Part shown: positions 13,046 to 24,014 of the stretch, in pieces | Layout of the letters: every line of letters starts with the position of its first letter | Position numbering within the stretch: the first letter of the stretch is position 1 | From: Vicugna vicugna | Lineage: Eukaryota | NCBI GenBank assembly: GCA_013265495.1 | Contig: MU059953.1 | Location: 4,922,501-4,986,500 of the forward strand | DNA length: 64,000 nucleotides | Direction of reading: 5' to 3' | Notes under the pieces: generated by a model | Told to the model about the DNA's origin: nothing | Seen by the model: the letters and a program-made list of their open reading frames with translations, nothing else | The model's database searches: none | Translations under genes and position numbers: made by a program

Positions 13046-13689
13046 CCCCAGTTACCAAGAGGGCAAGACAGAATCAAGGTACCCTCCCTGAGCAAGTGCA
13101 CAAAGATGCGGCTGCCTGGACCTGGGGACAGTCATCAGAGCTGGCCCTGGGGTGGGCAGGAGGTGTGGCCATGAGCTTGTCCCAACAGAGACTTGGAACC
13201 CAGACCCCTGCATAAGGACAGAGCTCCGGCAGGGCCATGGGATCTATGAAAATGGGACTGGACCTCTCTACCCACCAGGCCAAGGAGGCAGCAGAGGGTG
13301 GCTGGGAAGAGTCTCCTCTGAGAAAATGAAGCCCTAAGCTTGTGGCCATGTGGATGGCCTCCAGATTCACATCACTTGGGCGGTTCTGGAGTCCTGAGTC
13401 TAGAAATTAAGGTAAAAACTAGTCTAGAGCTGGGAGAACCTGGAGATGAAGGACAGCAAAAACAAAATGCCCTTCCACAGACACACCCACCACCACGAGG
13501 TACCCAAAGCAGGGTGAACGGGAGGGAGGTGGGTGTGGAGCTCAGGGGGTGGGGGGAGCCCCCCTGCCAAAGAGAACCTGCAGTGAAAACAGAAAACTAC
13601 AGATGGGAGGCGGGGCACTCAGCTCTGCTAGAATCGGCCAACACAGCACACCAGAAAGGACCCCAAGACGCCCGCACATGTTAAAACAA

Positions 13690-14480
13690 CCTGTCAGAGA
13701 CTACAAAACACACGTTTTAAAAATAAGGTATTAAATGGAGAAAAGAAATGATAATAGCCCATTCAGGAACCCTGGAGAAAGAAATGGAAAATTGCTGAAA
13801 GAATTTTCTAGAATCAAAAATAGCAGACTAGATACAGCTAAGGACAGAAATAACGAACTCGACGCTAGATCTAGACAACCTGAGGGCAGTGCAAAAGGGG
13901 GCAGAGGGAGTGAGGCATGGAGAAAAGAACAGGACGGTCCATCACAGGTCTAGTGCGAACTCCTGAAGTACAGAACGGAGATAATGCAGAGAAGAGAATA
14001 TTCCAGAATCCCAGGGACATAAGAGGCCTCAGACTTTAAACACATGCTCAGTCCCACGCAGGGCAAGTGCTTACCCACACCAGACACACTGTGGCAAAAT
14101 ACCAGAACATCCACCAGACAAGATCACAAAAGCGCCAAGACAGCAGAGACAGGCTCCCTGAGGAGGGACACCGCTGCACTGAGAGCTACCTTTTCGACAG
14201 CAGCAGCAACAAGAGGAAGCCAGGAGGCACTAAGGTACCTTAAACCGCTGCGCGAAATACAAGTTGCCTACAGTTCTATACCCAGCTAAACTATCACTCT
14301 AGAAAAAGGGAAAAAGGGCATTTTTCTGACAAACAAAAATTGAGGTTTACCACTCAGAAACCATTCTTCAGAACAACACACGGATTATGTCAGATAGAAG
14401 CAAGCCACTTCCAAAGTGAAAGGCCAACATGCCAGGAGCGAGGGTGTGGCAAGACGTGGGTAAACAGGTTCACACAGATA
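13690..14480 (+). mobile_element. Decayed LINE-1/HAL1 ORF1 fragment
   Basis: ORF 13735 contains SRLDTAKDRNNELDARS (compare ORF1p SRLDQAEERISELED). atacccagctaaactatca near 14278 corresponds to the ORF1p C-terminal YPAKLS motif. Confidence 0.8.
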
Positions 14481-15059
14481 AGTACTGAACACTGAGTGAA
14501 TGCAAAGATGCACGCAGTCCCTGAGGCTTTCGGTACGTGTCATACTGTTTCCTCAGACTTCCTGTCCGTGCCGCTGTGTACCTGTGTTTCAAGGTCGCTG
14601 TTTAAAACTCCTCGTCAGTTTCTTCTTAAGAACAATGGAAATCCCCAAAATGAACAAGGCTGCCTCTTCACTCTGACAGGTGGGAAACTCACGTCCAAAC
14701 TGCAGTTTGTTTTTGGATAATTGCGCAGGGCTCAGAGCATGCGTATCTAGTCCCTGCTCCTCCCCAGCAGACCCTCATTCCCCCCTTGCTTGACTTCCCT
14801 GTCTTTACTCATATTGCCCTGTTAATGAAGCAAGAATTCACGACAGCTGTCCTTGAAACTGCACTGAATACGTACCAAGGCACTCGACACACCCACCGTC
14901 TGGCTTCTCAGCACAGAGAGGAGGCAGCCACTGAGATGTGGCCCAGTTTCAGTAACTCTTTACAAAACTCTTTGCTGAAGCGGAGCTTAGTACCACTGAG
15001 AACAGGGCAATAGCTCATCAGTCCTACTTTCAAAGACAAAACGCTATCGCGAACATGAC

Positions 15060-15345
15060 TGACAGCAATCAATGCAGCGTGCCACTCGGCGCCGTATTTG
15101 CATGTTGGAGAGCCCTTCTCCGAAATCAGCTCAACTTGTGCGAAAGCAACTCTTTGTGAGAAATAATCAGCAAAAGATTGCTTATCCTTTGCTACGCTCA
15201 GAAATTAGTAAAAAGTAACCAGCTCTTGGAAAAGGATAAACCACTTTATGCAAATACTTCGGCAAAGGCTCTCTATTAATGCAAATATTATGTTTGTCTT
15301 TTATTTGAACGCAAACAGCATCTGTTTGGCACAATCAATGCCATC
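15060..15345. promoter_or_regulatory. Candidate enhancer with three perfect POU octamers
   Basis: ATTTGCAT 15096-15103, ATGCAAAT 15248-15255 and 15279-15286, CAATCAATGC twice (15066, 15332), and E-box CATCTG at 15319, in an AT-rich island that I cannot match to any repeat. Confidence 0.6.
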
Positions 15346-15916
15346 GCTTTGTAGTTTGTGCTGAGTGACTCAAGTGTGTTCCAGCTGCTTTTCAGAGTTT
15401 GAAACAGATTTCCAGAGAGCCAGAGCCACAGAAGAAAGTTCACTGACGAGAGCAGCAAGCGTGCTGGGGCTTCTGGGGGCGGGCGGCTCTTCCCGCTCAC
15501 GGCGAGAAGCAAATCCAAGGATGAATTCCGGGAGGCACTTCTGGAGAGGTTTGGCTTTGTGGCATTTTCTTTTTTAACAGTTCTGACTAAGGAAAAAACC
15601 TAGGATTGCTTTTTATAAATTCCTTTGTTGGGAAAATATACTCAGAAGAACAACACATGTTGGAAAAGGAAAACTGGGAGGCACCAGGCTGCCATCAGAG
15701 CAGCCAACCCAGAGCCGAGGCGGACTCCTCAGAAAGCCCCGACCTCGCCGCGCTGCACTCTCCTCTTGCAGACCAGGGTGGTGATGCAGAAGGCTCCCTG
15801 CCAACACTGCCATCCCAAGATCATTAGGCCAATTTTCTGCCTCTGCCACAAGATCAAGAGCTCCTAATAGGGACTAAATCTTGATAGTTCTATTATCCAT
15901 GACCCTAAAACTAGTT

Positions 15917-16044
15917 NNNNNNNNNNNNNNNNNNNNNNNNNNNNNNNNNNNNNNNNNNNNNNNNNNNNNNNNNNNNNNNNNNNNNNNNNNNNNNNNNNNN
16001 NNNNNNNNNNNNNNNNNNNNNNNNNNNNNNNNNNNNNNNNNNNN
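15917..16044. other. Assembly gap (128 N)
   Basis: Run of N. Confidence 1.
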
Positions 16045-16099
16045 ATGGGTGCAGGGATGAGTAAATCATGCTATAAATGAGGAACAGATAATATGAGAA

Positions 16100-17310
16100 A
16101 ACTGACCTGAGGTCCTTCAGATTTCAAATATATTCAACTTCCTGATCTCTACCCAACCACGAGTACCCAGAAACGGTGACTGTGACCTCAAAATATTAAT
16201 AATGCTAATTTTACCATTCCATTAGTACAGAATGCAGATATAATACCAATCAGATCCATCAGATCAGTATCTTCCTGGAATGGGCTGTGGAGAAAGGAGG
16301 AGAGCTGTGGTACTTGCAGATGCCAGTCAAAACAAACATATACGCTCACATAAACTTGCCATTAAAATTCCAAAATGCCTGTTTGGACAGATAACTCTAA
16401 ACCTTTTAATAATCCCTTTAATAATTAATTTACTTATTAATTATTATTCAAATTGACTATTTTCCCAAACACACTGCTAATCATTTTATACTATTCATCT
16501 CCTCCTCTAATCATACAGGAAGAGATTTTGTTTTTGACAAAACAAAATATAAAGAAGGAAGAAATTCTCAACTTTTTTCATGAGACAGTATTACCTTGAT
16601 ATCAAAAACTGACAAGAAAAACACTACAAGTTAAACTTGCTCATTAACACAAAAGCAAAAATCATAAAACATTAGCAAACTGGATCTAACAGCATATGGA
16701 CAGGTTCTACTACATTTTAGTCAATGCAAATTCAGTTCAGAAATTAAAGGCTGGTTTAATTTTTTTAAATCAGTGTAATTAACCACATGAACAAAATAAA
16801 TAATAAAATTTATATCCTCTCAACAGAGACAAAGGAAGCATTCGATAAAATTCTGTGTACATTCATTCATGGGGGAAAAAAGAACCTTCACAGGAAGCCA
16901 GGAACGGAAAGCCACAACACTGATTTGACAATGGATTCTTAGAAAGAAAACAAACAAACAAAGACCTACAGCAACATGGTGTCAACAGTGATACAGGGAA
17001 CGTTCTCCTTCGAGATCCAGAACCAGAGGAGAATCCTCACTATTCAAGGAGAGCCAGTGCTCCTGGCCAATTCACTGAGGCAGGAAAAAGAAATAAAAGA
17101 CATAAGAAATGGAAAGGAAAAATAAAACTGTCACTGCACGCAATCAGCATGTAGAAACTCCCAAAGAATTTACAGATAACACTGGAATTCAACAAGGCCA
17201 ACTGAAGATCAATACACAAATATCTTTTATTTCTGTGTACCAGCAACAAATAGAAAATAAAAATTACCAGTAGATACCAATTATAATCGCATCAAAAAAT
17301 CCAACAAACG
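16100..17310 (+). mobile_element. Decayed LINE-1 ORF2 fragment
   Basis: A-rich sense-strand L1 ORF2 blocks, e.g. aaggctggtttaa, aagcattcgataaaattc, aggcaggaaaaagaaataaaagacataagaaatggaaaggaaaaataaaactgtc, aagatcaatacacaaatatc. Confidence 0.85.
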
Positions 17311-18949
17311 ATGTGGAGACCCGTACGCATGAAACAGGGGAACAAGGGTGAAGGACACGGGAGACTTGGAGAGGGTCATGATCCTGGTTGCTCAGACACG
17401 GACCAGGGTCCCCACCGGCCTGGCCTCCCCTGGTCCTTCCCTCTTCCTGACGCACTTAAAACTCTTGCCAGTGTAATCTTTGTAAGCAGTTGCTTGAACA
17501 CCCTTCTTCCCCGACCCACGGCACTGGCCTCTCCAGGTGGAGACACCGCACACACCTGCTATATAGGTATCAGTGAACCGGAAGTTTCACAAAGGATAGC
17601 TTATCCTTCCCGGGCGCAACTTGACACTTTCTATCCTGTTTGGTGTTTAGGGTGACCCCGCTGGCCGTGAGTGGGTGCTGACCTGGCTCCCTAGCTGGGG
17701 CACGCCCTTCCCACCCCCGGCCACCTCCCCACACCCCCCGTCCCTGCACTCTCAAAGCCCAGCAGCCCCCAGGCCAGCTCCGGGTCTCCTTCCTGCCACC
17801 GGCGCCAGCCTGCCCTCCCTCACACTCTGAAGAGCCCGTGCACTTATTCCCTCTGTCATGGAACCAACACTTTTGAACCTTCCACGGCGGCGCTCTGCAC
17901 GGATGACTTGTCTTTCTCACCATGCTGCCCGTCCTTGCGAGCAGAGCTCCAGCACCAGTGGTGTCCTACACGTGGTCGGCACCCAGAGATGGAAGGACGA
18001 GCTCAGGCGGACTTGAGGCTTTGAGACATCCGGGCGACCTGCAGGCATGGGCAGCTCCCTGGAGAGTCGCACAGAGCAGAGCCCAAGCCGGCAGCGGGTG
18101 GCGAGTAAGCGCACCTGGGGTCCCCAGGGGCTCAGGGCTCAGACTGTACACCATCTGCTCCGAGTCTGTGCTGATGATCAGAAGTGGGTGCCCTGGCCCC
18201 GGCCAGAGGGCCTTGGGTACATGGCACCCTCTCTCTGTACAGAGCGCTCAACCCTACCACTCTACTCCTCTGGGCCCTAGGAGGCCGGCTGGGGTCAGAG
18301 ATTTCAGAGCACAGGGGGCACCCAGCAGGGGCTTCATAAATGCCTGCTCTGGTCAGGATCCTCCCTGCAGCTCCTCCCACCACAGTTCTCCAGTACTTTC
18401 TGGTCAGCCCAGAAAGATCACAGACTAAGTGGGAAGTATGGTCTTGGAGGGAGGAGGCAGGAGGGAGGTGTGCAGGGAAAGGAGACGTGAAGATGTGAGA
18501 GGTCCTTCAGGACCTGCAGGGCATCTGATGCCGACCAGAGAGAACCTGCTGTCAAAGGCAAGCCCACGCAGGGAGGGAGGCTGCGGACTCAGGAGCCGGA
18601 GGACAGCCCCTCGTTCCTGCCCCCATCCCCCGACACGTCCAGGACTCACGTCCCAGCGCCAAGCGGGGCCCTGTTGGCGGAAGCTGAGTAGTGCCTGTCA
18701 GGGAGGTTCGGCAGTGGTCGTGGCATCCCGTTTGATGGGGCCCCTCTGCCGACTGCGTGTCCAGGCCTGTCTGGGTACATGGTGATGCCTGCAAACCTGT
18801 GTGTACGTGCACACACACACACCCGCCGTGGTGCCAGCCAACAAAGGCGTGTAACAGCTCAACGCGAGTGAGTGGACTCTGGACCCACACGCCGGCCGCC
18901 AACCAGGCGCCCCCCTCGCCAGCTGTGAGCTTGCAGCCTCATTCCTTCA

Positions 18950-19080
18950 CCTTCATGCCCTGATTTCTTCATCACAACATGGGGACAACACTTGGACCTC
19001 ATAACCTTGTGAGGATTAATCAAGTCACTAAGAACAAAGCACCCAGAACAGGGTTTACCTGGTATTCAATAAGTGGACGA
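18950..19080 (+). mobile_element. MIR SINE 3' half
   Basis: tttcttcatcacaacatggggacaac...cctcataaccttgtgaggattaa...aaagcacccagaacag...tcaataagtg follows the MIR core and tail. Confidence 0.7.
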
Positions 19081-19987
19081 TGTCCTCATCACTTGTCAAC
19101 AGAGGCCAGGACACCCCAAACTCGCCGCAGGCTCACCCCAACCCCGAGGCCAGCGCTGCCTCTGCAGCGCACGGCGCACAGCGTGCCCGGGACAGCGCTT
19201 CCCCGGCGCCTGGAGGGTCCCGTCTGGAGGCCTCAGTGCGCAGAGCAGGCGGGAGTCCCGGTGCCCTGGGCGTCAGGAGAGCCCCCTTCCTGAGCTCCCA
19301 CCCGCCAGGGGACGGCGCCTTCCCCTTGAAGGCTTCAGAGACAGACGCCGGGCCGGTTCTGTGAGGAGCAGGTCCCCTGGGGCGTGGAGGCCGCCTATGA
19401 CCCCCAGCAGGGAGGCAGTCTGACCACGGGGTCAGCTCTGTGCCGGCATCAGGGTCCTCAGCCTCCCTGCAGCCCAGGTCCCGAGGTCCAAGCGCCCAGC
19501 ACACCCAGCAGGTGCGGCCAGGCCCAGGCGGCATGGGGCGGGGGCACACAAGGACACCCCCAGTCCACATGTGCTGGAGAAGGAGGCTGGCACCTGCCTG
19601 ACACACCAAAGAAACAGCCCAGCATCTGTTCAATGAGCTGGTGTCTTGGGTGAGCAGGATGAGTGTCAGGCCAGGGAGGGGCTCTCTCACTGAAGTCAGG
19701 ACACCTGGAGATGCTCTGGACGCCTGTGTGCCCCACGGAAGGCCACACGTAAATCCCCAGGGAAGCCAAGGCCTGGGTAGGGGGTGTTGATGAAGATACC
19801 TAAGACTGAGGATTGAGAACTCGCGCTGCAGACAGACACTGCCCGTCACACGCTGCCAGAGTCACTGCGAAATTCACATCCAAGATATAAAATGCTACAT
19901 TTCTTCTGTGTCTGTTTACAGTCTGGGCTCCAGCCTCTGGGCCCAGAAACCAGAGTTGTTGCAAAGACACGGGGGCCCTGATGTCTG

Positions 19988-20485
19988 TGTCGACGAAAAA
20001 ATGCACAGCCTAGAAGTTGAGTTATGTTTTATTCAGTGGACTTTCTAAGGATGTGAACCCGGGAGGCGGCCTCTCCGATTGCCCTGAGAGACTGTTTCCA
20101 AGAGGTGGGGGAGGAGCCAAGACATGTAAGAGTTTTGCCACAAAGACCAGGTAGTCGGAACATCAGAAGATGACTGTTAATTAAAGAAAGCAGGCACCTC
20201 AAGTCAGGGAATCGAGCGCTTCCCCGTGTCTGGGAAGGTGCAAAGGCCTGGGCTCACTGAAGCCATCCCTTGGTCTGCACGCTAGCTCTCCAGGGCCAGT
20301 GTCCTGTTCTTCCACATCCTGAATCTGCTTGGGGGGCACCCCTGGGGTTGGCTTCAGAGGCCGGCTGCCTGCTTGTCAGCGTCCTGAGTCCCCTCCGCTC
20401 ACGGCCGGGGCGGGGGAGCAGCCGGTGACTTGAGGCTGCAGCGTCCTTTGGGTACGGATCTGACGGGCAGTGTTTTTCACTGACA
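19988..20485 (+). mobile_element. Solo LTR, ERV1-like, cetartiodactyl family
   Basis: Termini TGTC...GACA, about 500 bp long. The internal blocks aaaaaatgcacagcctagaagttgagttatgttttatt and caaagaccaggtagtcggaacatcagaagatgactgttaattaaagaaa match a pig/ruminant/camelid LTR family as I recall it. The 4-bp flanks TCTG/CCCG are at best a decayed TSD. Confidence 0.8.
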
Positions 20486-21099
20486 CCCGCTGCGCAGAAC
20501 ACCCAGCCTGCCCCACCGCTCACCCCTCGAGCAGGGTGATGCCTGCCCTGCGGAGCACCGGGCTCAGTGCCTGGCTGGGAACTCCCTGGACAGGGTGGCT
20601 CTTGGCACCGACAACCAGGTGGTACTGCTGGGCGCCTGCACCAGCCACTGCCGGAGGACACGGGAGCCAGCGGATGGGAGCCGAGGAAGGGAGGCCCCAC
20701 ACAGGCAGCTCCCAAGGAAGTGCCTGAGGGTGTGTTCTAGCAGGGCCCAGGAGGGGAGGACGACCAGGGCCGGCCGGTCAGAGGGCAGGCCTTGGATGGC
20801 TGGCGTCAACCGAAGAGGGGCTACTTCGCCAATTCAGACGGGAGCTCGCGGGCGGGAGGCGGGCACCAGCTCAGCCAGGCCTGAGGTCCCGCCCAGGCTT
20901 CCACCATCTCAGGGCTCCCCCGCCCCCCCACCAGGAGCTTACCAAGATGCCCACTCGAACTCCCGAGAAAGAGAGCAGGGCTCCCCAGCGCAGTGACCCC
21001 ACCGCCTCCATGTGCTCAGCCAGGACCCTGAGCACTGCTGAAGGCCAAGTTAGGCTTCGGTTTGCAAATTAAGCAAAGGCATTTCCAGATTCAACTTAC

Positions 21100-21112
21100 A
21101 CTTACAAGTGCG
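21100..21112 (-). other. Candidate microexon (7 or 13 nt)
   Basis: The minus strand reads ...atttcctgcccccaccctctttcag CGCACTT gtaagt gtaagt, an acceptor followed almost directly by two tandem GTAAGT donors, in an AT-rich island. Confidence 0.35.
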
Positions 21113-22894
21113 CTGAAAGAGGGTGGGGGCAGGAAATGGGTTTTGTTGGGTTGGTTTTCAAATGTGTGTTAAAAATGTGCTTAAAGCAAGGCTCCTCGTG
21201 AAGGGCACCCAGCAGATACGCTGGTTCATTCTGGAAGAAGGAATGTGGTGCACGGCACAGACAAGAGGGCCGACCCCAGGACAGTGCTCCGTGGTGGACG
21301 AAGGCCCTTCCAGCCCCGCTCAGCCAGAACAGGGCTCACACACGGCGCTGTGCCCACACCCCGACCGCAGCCCGCAGAGCAGCAAGAGGGCGCTGGCGCT
21401 GCAGGAGTAAGTCAGATTTCTCAGTGGGACCCTTGGGTCCCTTCGTGAGCACCCTGTCCCCATTCACCCCTCAGAAAAGGGGGGCGCGGCTTCCAGGCCT
21501 GGCAGTGTCCCTTTGGAGGCTGCCCGCACTGCGGGTCCCAGGTGTCAGCGCCCACTGGCCGGCCCCTCGATAGGGGCGTGGCCACAGACCCCTTTCCTTA
21601 CTCCCCACGGGCGTGACACCGATCGGGACTCCCCCACGCTGTCTGGAGCACAGCAATTTGCTTTCCTGTCGTCCGCAAGCTGTAAACTGCCTCAGAGCTT
21701 TCCAGGTTCAGAGAGGCCCTCTCCTGCCACGCGGCAGGTCAGAGGGCACTGGGCCACCGGCCACAGAGGAGGGCCTGGCCACCAAGGCCCCACTGAAGCC
21801 AACGGCCGGGAGTGAGCCCTGGGCCCCCTCCTGAGGGCACTCAAGGGAAGGACGCCACTGTCCCCGGTCAGCTCTGCCCCGGCACACAGCCACCTGACCC
21901 CAGGTGACAATGGCCCTCCCCACAGGCGGAGCTGGCCCCCCCGCCCAAGCACGCCTCTCGGGAAGAAGAAATCCCAGCTACTACGAACGCTGCAGAGGCT
22001 TCACGGCGACGTGCAGCGCTTCCCTCTCGAGCTTGTGTTTTCTCGGCAAACACGGCAGGACTCTCTTATCAGGAATCTACTCGGAGGCCGGCCACAGGTG
22101 TGGTTTCAAAAACATCCTCCTCCCGAGAACCAAGGGCTCGTGCTCAGGAACAGGCCTTCTCAAAACAAAGAGAACCCACTGCCTGCCCCGAGCCCTCAAA
22201 GCCACAAAGTGCCCAGCGTCTGCTCCGCGGGCGCCTCCGGTGCAGCGAGGACAGCCCGGGGGGCCGAGGGGGTGCCGCCGGGGCAGCCACCTGCTTCCGG
22301 CCTTTGTCCCCGTTTGGGCAGTTGCCCCACTTCCACTGGCTGCAGCGGGGACACCCAGACCCCCTCTAGGTCGGGGCTGACCCCCACAGGGACGCTGTCA
22401 AGCCTGAGACGCACCAGGGCCCGACAGCCCGCACCGGGGCACCGGGCCCGCCCCAGCCCAGCACGGCCCAGGGGTCCAGGACTCAGCGGTCAGCAGGGAC
22501 TCCCAGCCCCTCAGGGTGCCATGAAGGCAGCAACCATCCACGAACGTTCCCAGAAGGGCTCTGCACACGACAGCAGCTATAGAGAGCTGTGCACTCAAAA
22601 ATCAGCCACAGCCGGAAACGGCACACCACAGCTCCGCAGCACTCTCTTCCTCAGGAGGCGCGTGCGGAGGGAGTACGTGGCCAAGCGGACCATAAGGGCT
22701 CTCACACGAAAGGGCCTGCGCACAGGCAGCGCTCCGCCTCCACGTGTTTGGTATGGGGCTACGGGGATGTGATCACGGAGAAGCAGCCAGACGGCAGCCC
22801 CTCCCCGAAGCCTCCAGCCTGGGGCACAGGGCTCCCGCGCTGTCCTCGCCAGCCTCAGCCAGGGACCCAGAGCCACTCTAGGTCAGCTGGTCGA

Positions 22895-23160
22895 TTTTCA
22901 ACACAAAGTTTAACCCATTGTTTCTAGCTTCTGGATTTAGAGAATAACTCCTCAAAACATGGAGTGTTTCAAATGTCATCTCACCTAAGAACAAAAGTGC
23001 TTTCCTAAAAGACAGACAAAGATCATCAAACATTTTCAAAAACCTGTACATCAAACTACAAAGCTCTCCTTGAATTCCACGCATCAACCAGCATTTTCCC
23101 CCAGCTCTTGTCTAAATTAAATCAAAGGTTTATCAAAATAATCAGGAAATATCTATTTGA
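22895..23160. promoter_or_regulatory. Candidate HMG-box (TCF/LEF/SOX) enhancer
   Basis: ATCAAAGG 23121, ATCAAAC 23025 and 23050, ACAAAG 22903/23016/23058 and CCATTGT 22915 in an AT-rich non-repeat island. Confidence 0.4.
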
Positions 23161-23974
23161 TTGTCATTTTTAAAATTTATCTGCCTCCTCATTCATTTCC
23201 TCTTCTTTCAAGGCGAAGGGGCGCTGAGAGCAGGCAGCCTCCAGGGACGGGCAGGGGGCCTGCCGACAGGCCGAGAGATAAAGAGACCGGAGAGGTTCAG
23301 AGTTTCTCGGGGTAGAGTGTGACGTGGACAACGCGGAGTCAATGTGCCCCACGTCAAGAGTGAAGACAGTCACCAGGAAACTGAGCGAGCTTCTCCCCCC
23401 AGGTCTGACATCACAAAGAGGAGTCACAAAGCTTCAGGCGCACCTACTCTTACGAGCATCCCCCAAACACACAGGCTTTACCTCAGAACAGCCTGGGGGG
23501 CAGGGTGGGGTGGGGCGGGCCCTCGCCCTTCACCAAGAAGCACCTGAGGGCCTGGGAAAGCAGGGGTCCCGGGGGTGATGGGGTGGCCAGCCGACCCCCA
23601 TCTCCTGTCACAGGTGAGGCCCCTCTCCAGGCTGGGGTGGAAAAAAGGGAACCAGATCTCTCAGGAAACTGAGAAGCAGGGCGTGACAGCAGACTTCTTT
23701 TTGCTTTTCCATCCACTGTCCACCAGGGGCAGATGAGACAGAGCAGGGAAAACGAGAGGTTCTGGGAGGAAACGGGCATCCAGCCTCGTGCAGAGAGGCC
23801 CACCGGAGGACCCCTGGGCGCGGGCACCCCGACGGGCTTGGGGCCAAGGGGTCAGGCGAGCCCCAGCAGCCCCAGCAGCCCCAGGGAACAGCAGGCAGGT
23901 GCAGATCTGCTGCCGGGAAAGCTGAGGGGGCCAGTTACTTTGGTGGCTGAGCTTAGGGCCGCTCTGCTCTAAGC

Positions 23975-24014
23975 GCTGCCGCTGCCGCTGCCACTGCCGC
24001 TGCCACTGCCGCTG
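23975..24014. repeat. Hexamer tandem repeat (RCTGCC), about 6.7 copies
   Basis: gctgcc gctgcc gctgcc actgcc gctgcc actgcc gctg. Confidence 0.95.

Noticed and set aside
13801-13813. Three-unit HSE GAAttTTCtaGAA
   Set aside because: It lies inside a decayed L1 ORF1, and three-unit matches are frequent enough to arise by chance.
14696-14709. Perfect 14-bp palindrome CAAACTGCAGTTTG
   Set aside because: About four such palindromes are expected by chance in 64 kb.
15060-15345. Immunoglobulin heavy-chain 3' regulatory region as the explanation for the octamers
   Set aside because: No Ig constant exons, switch-like repeats or large flanking palindrome are visible in the window.
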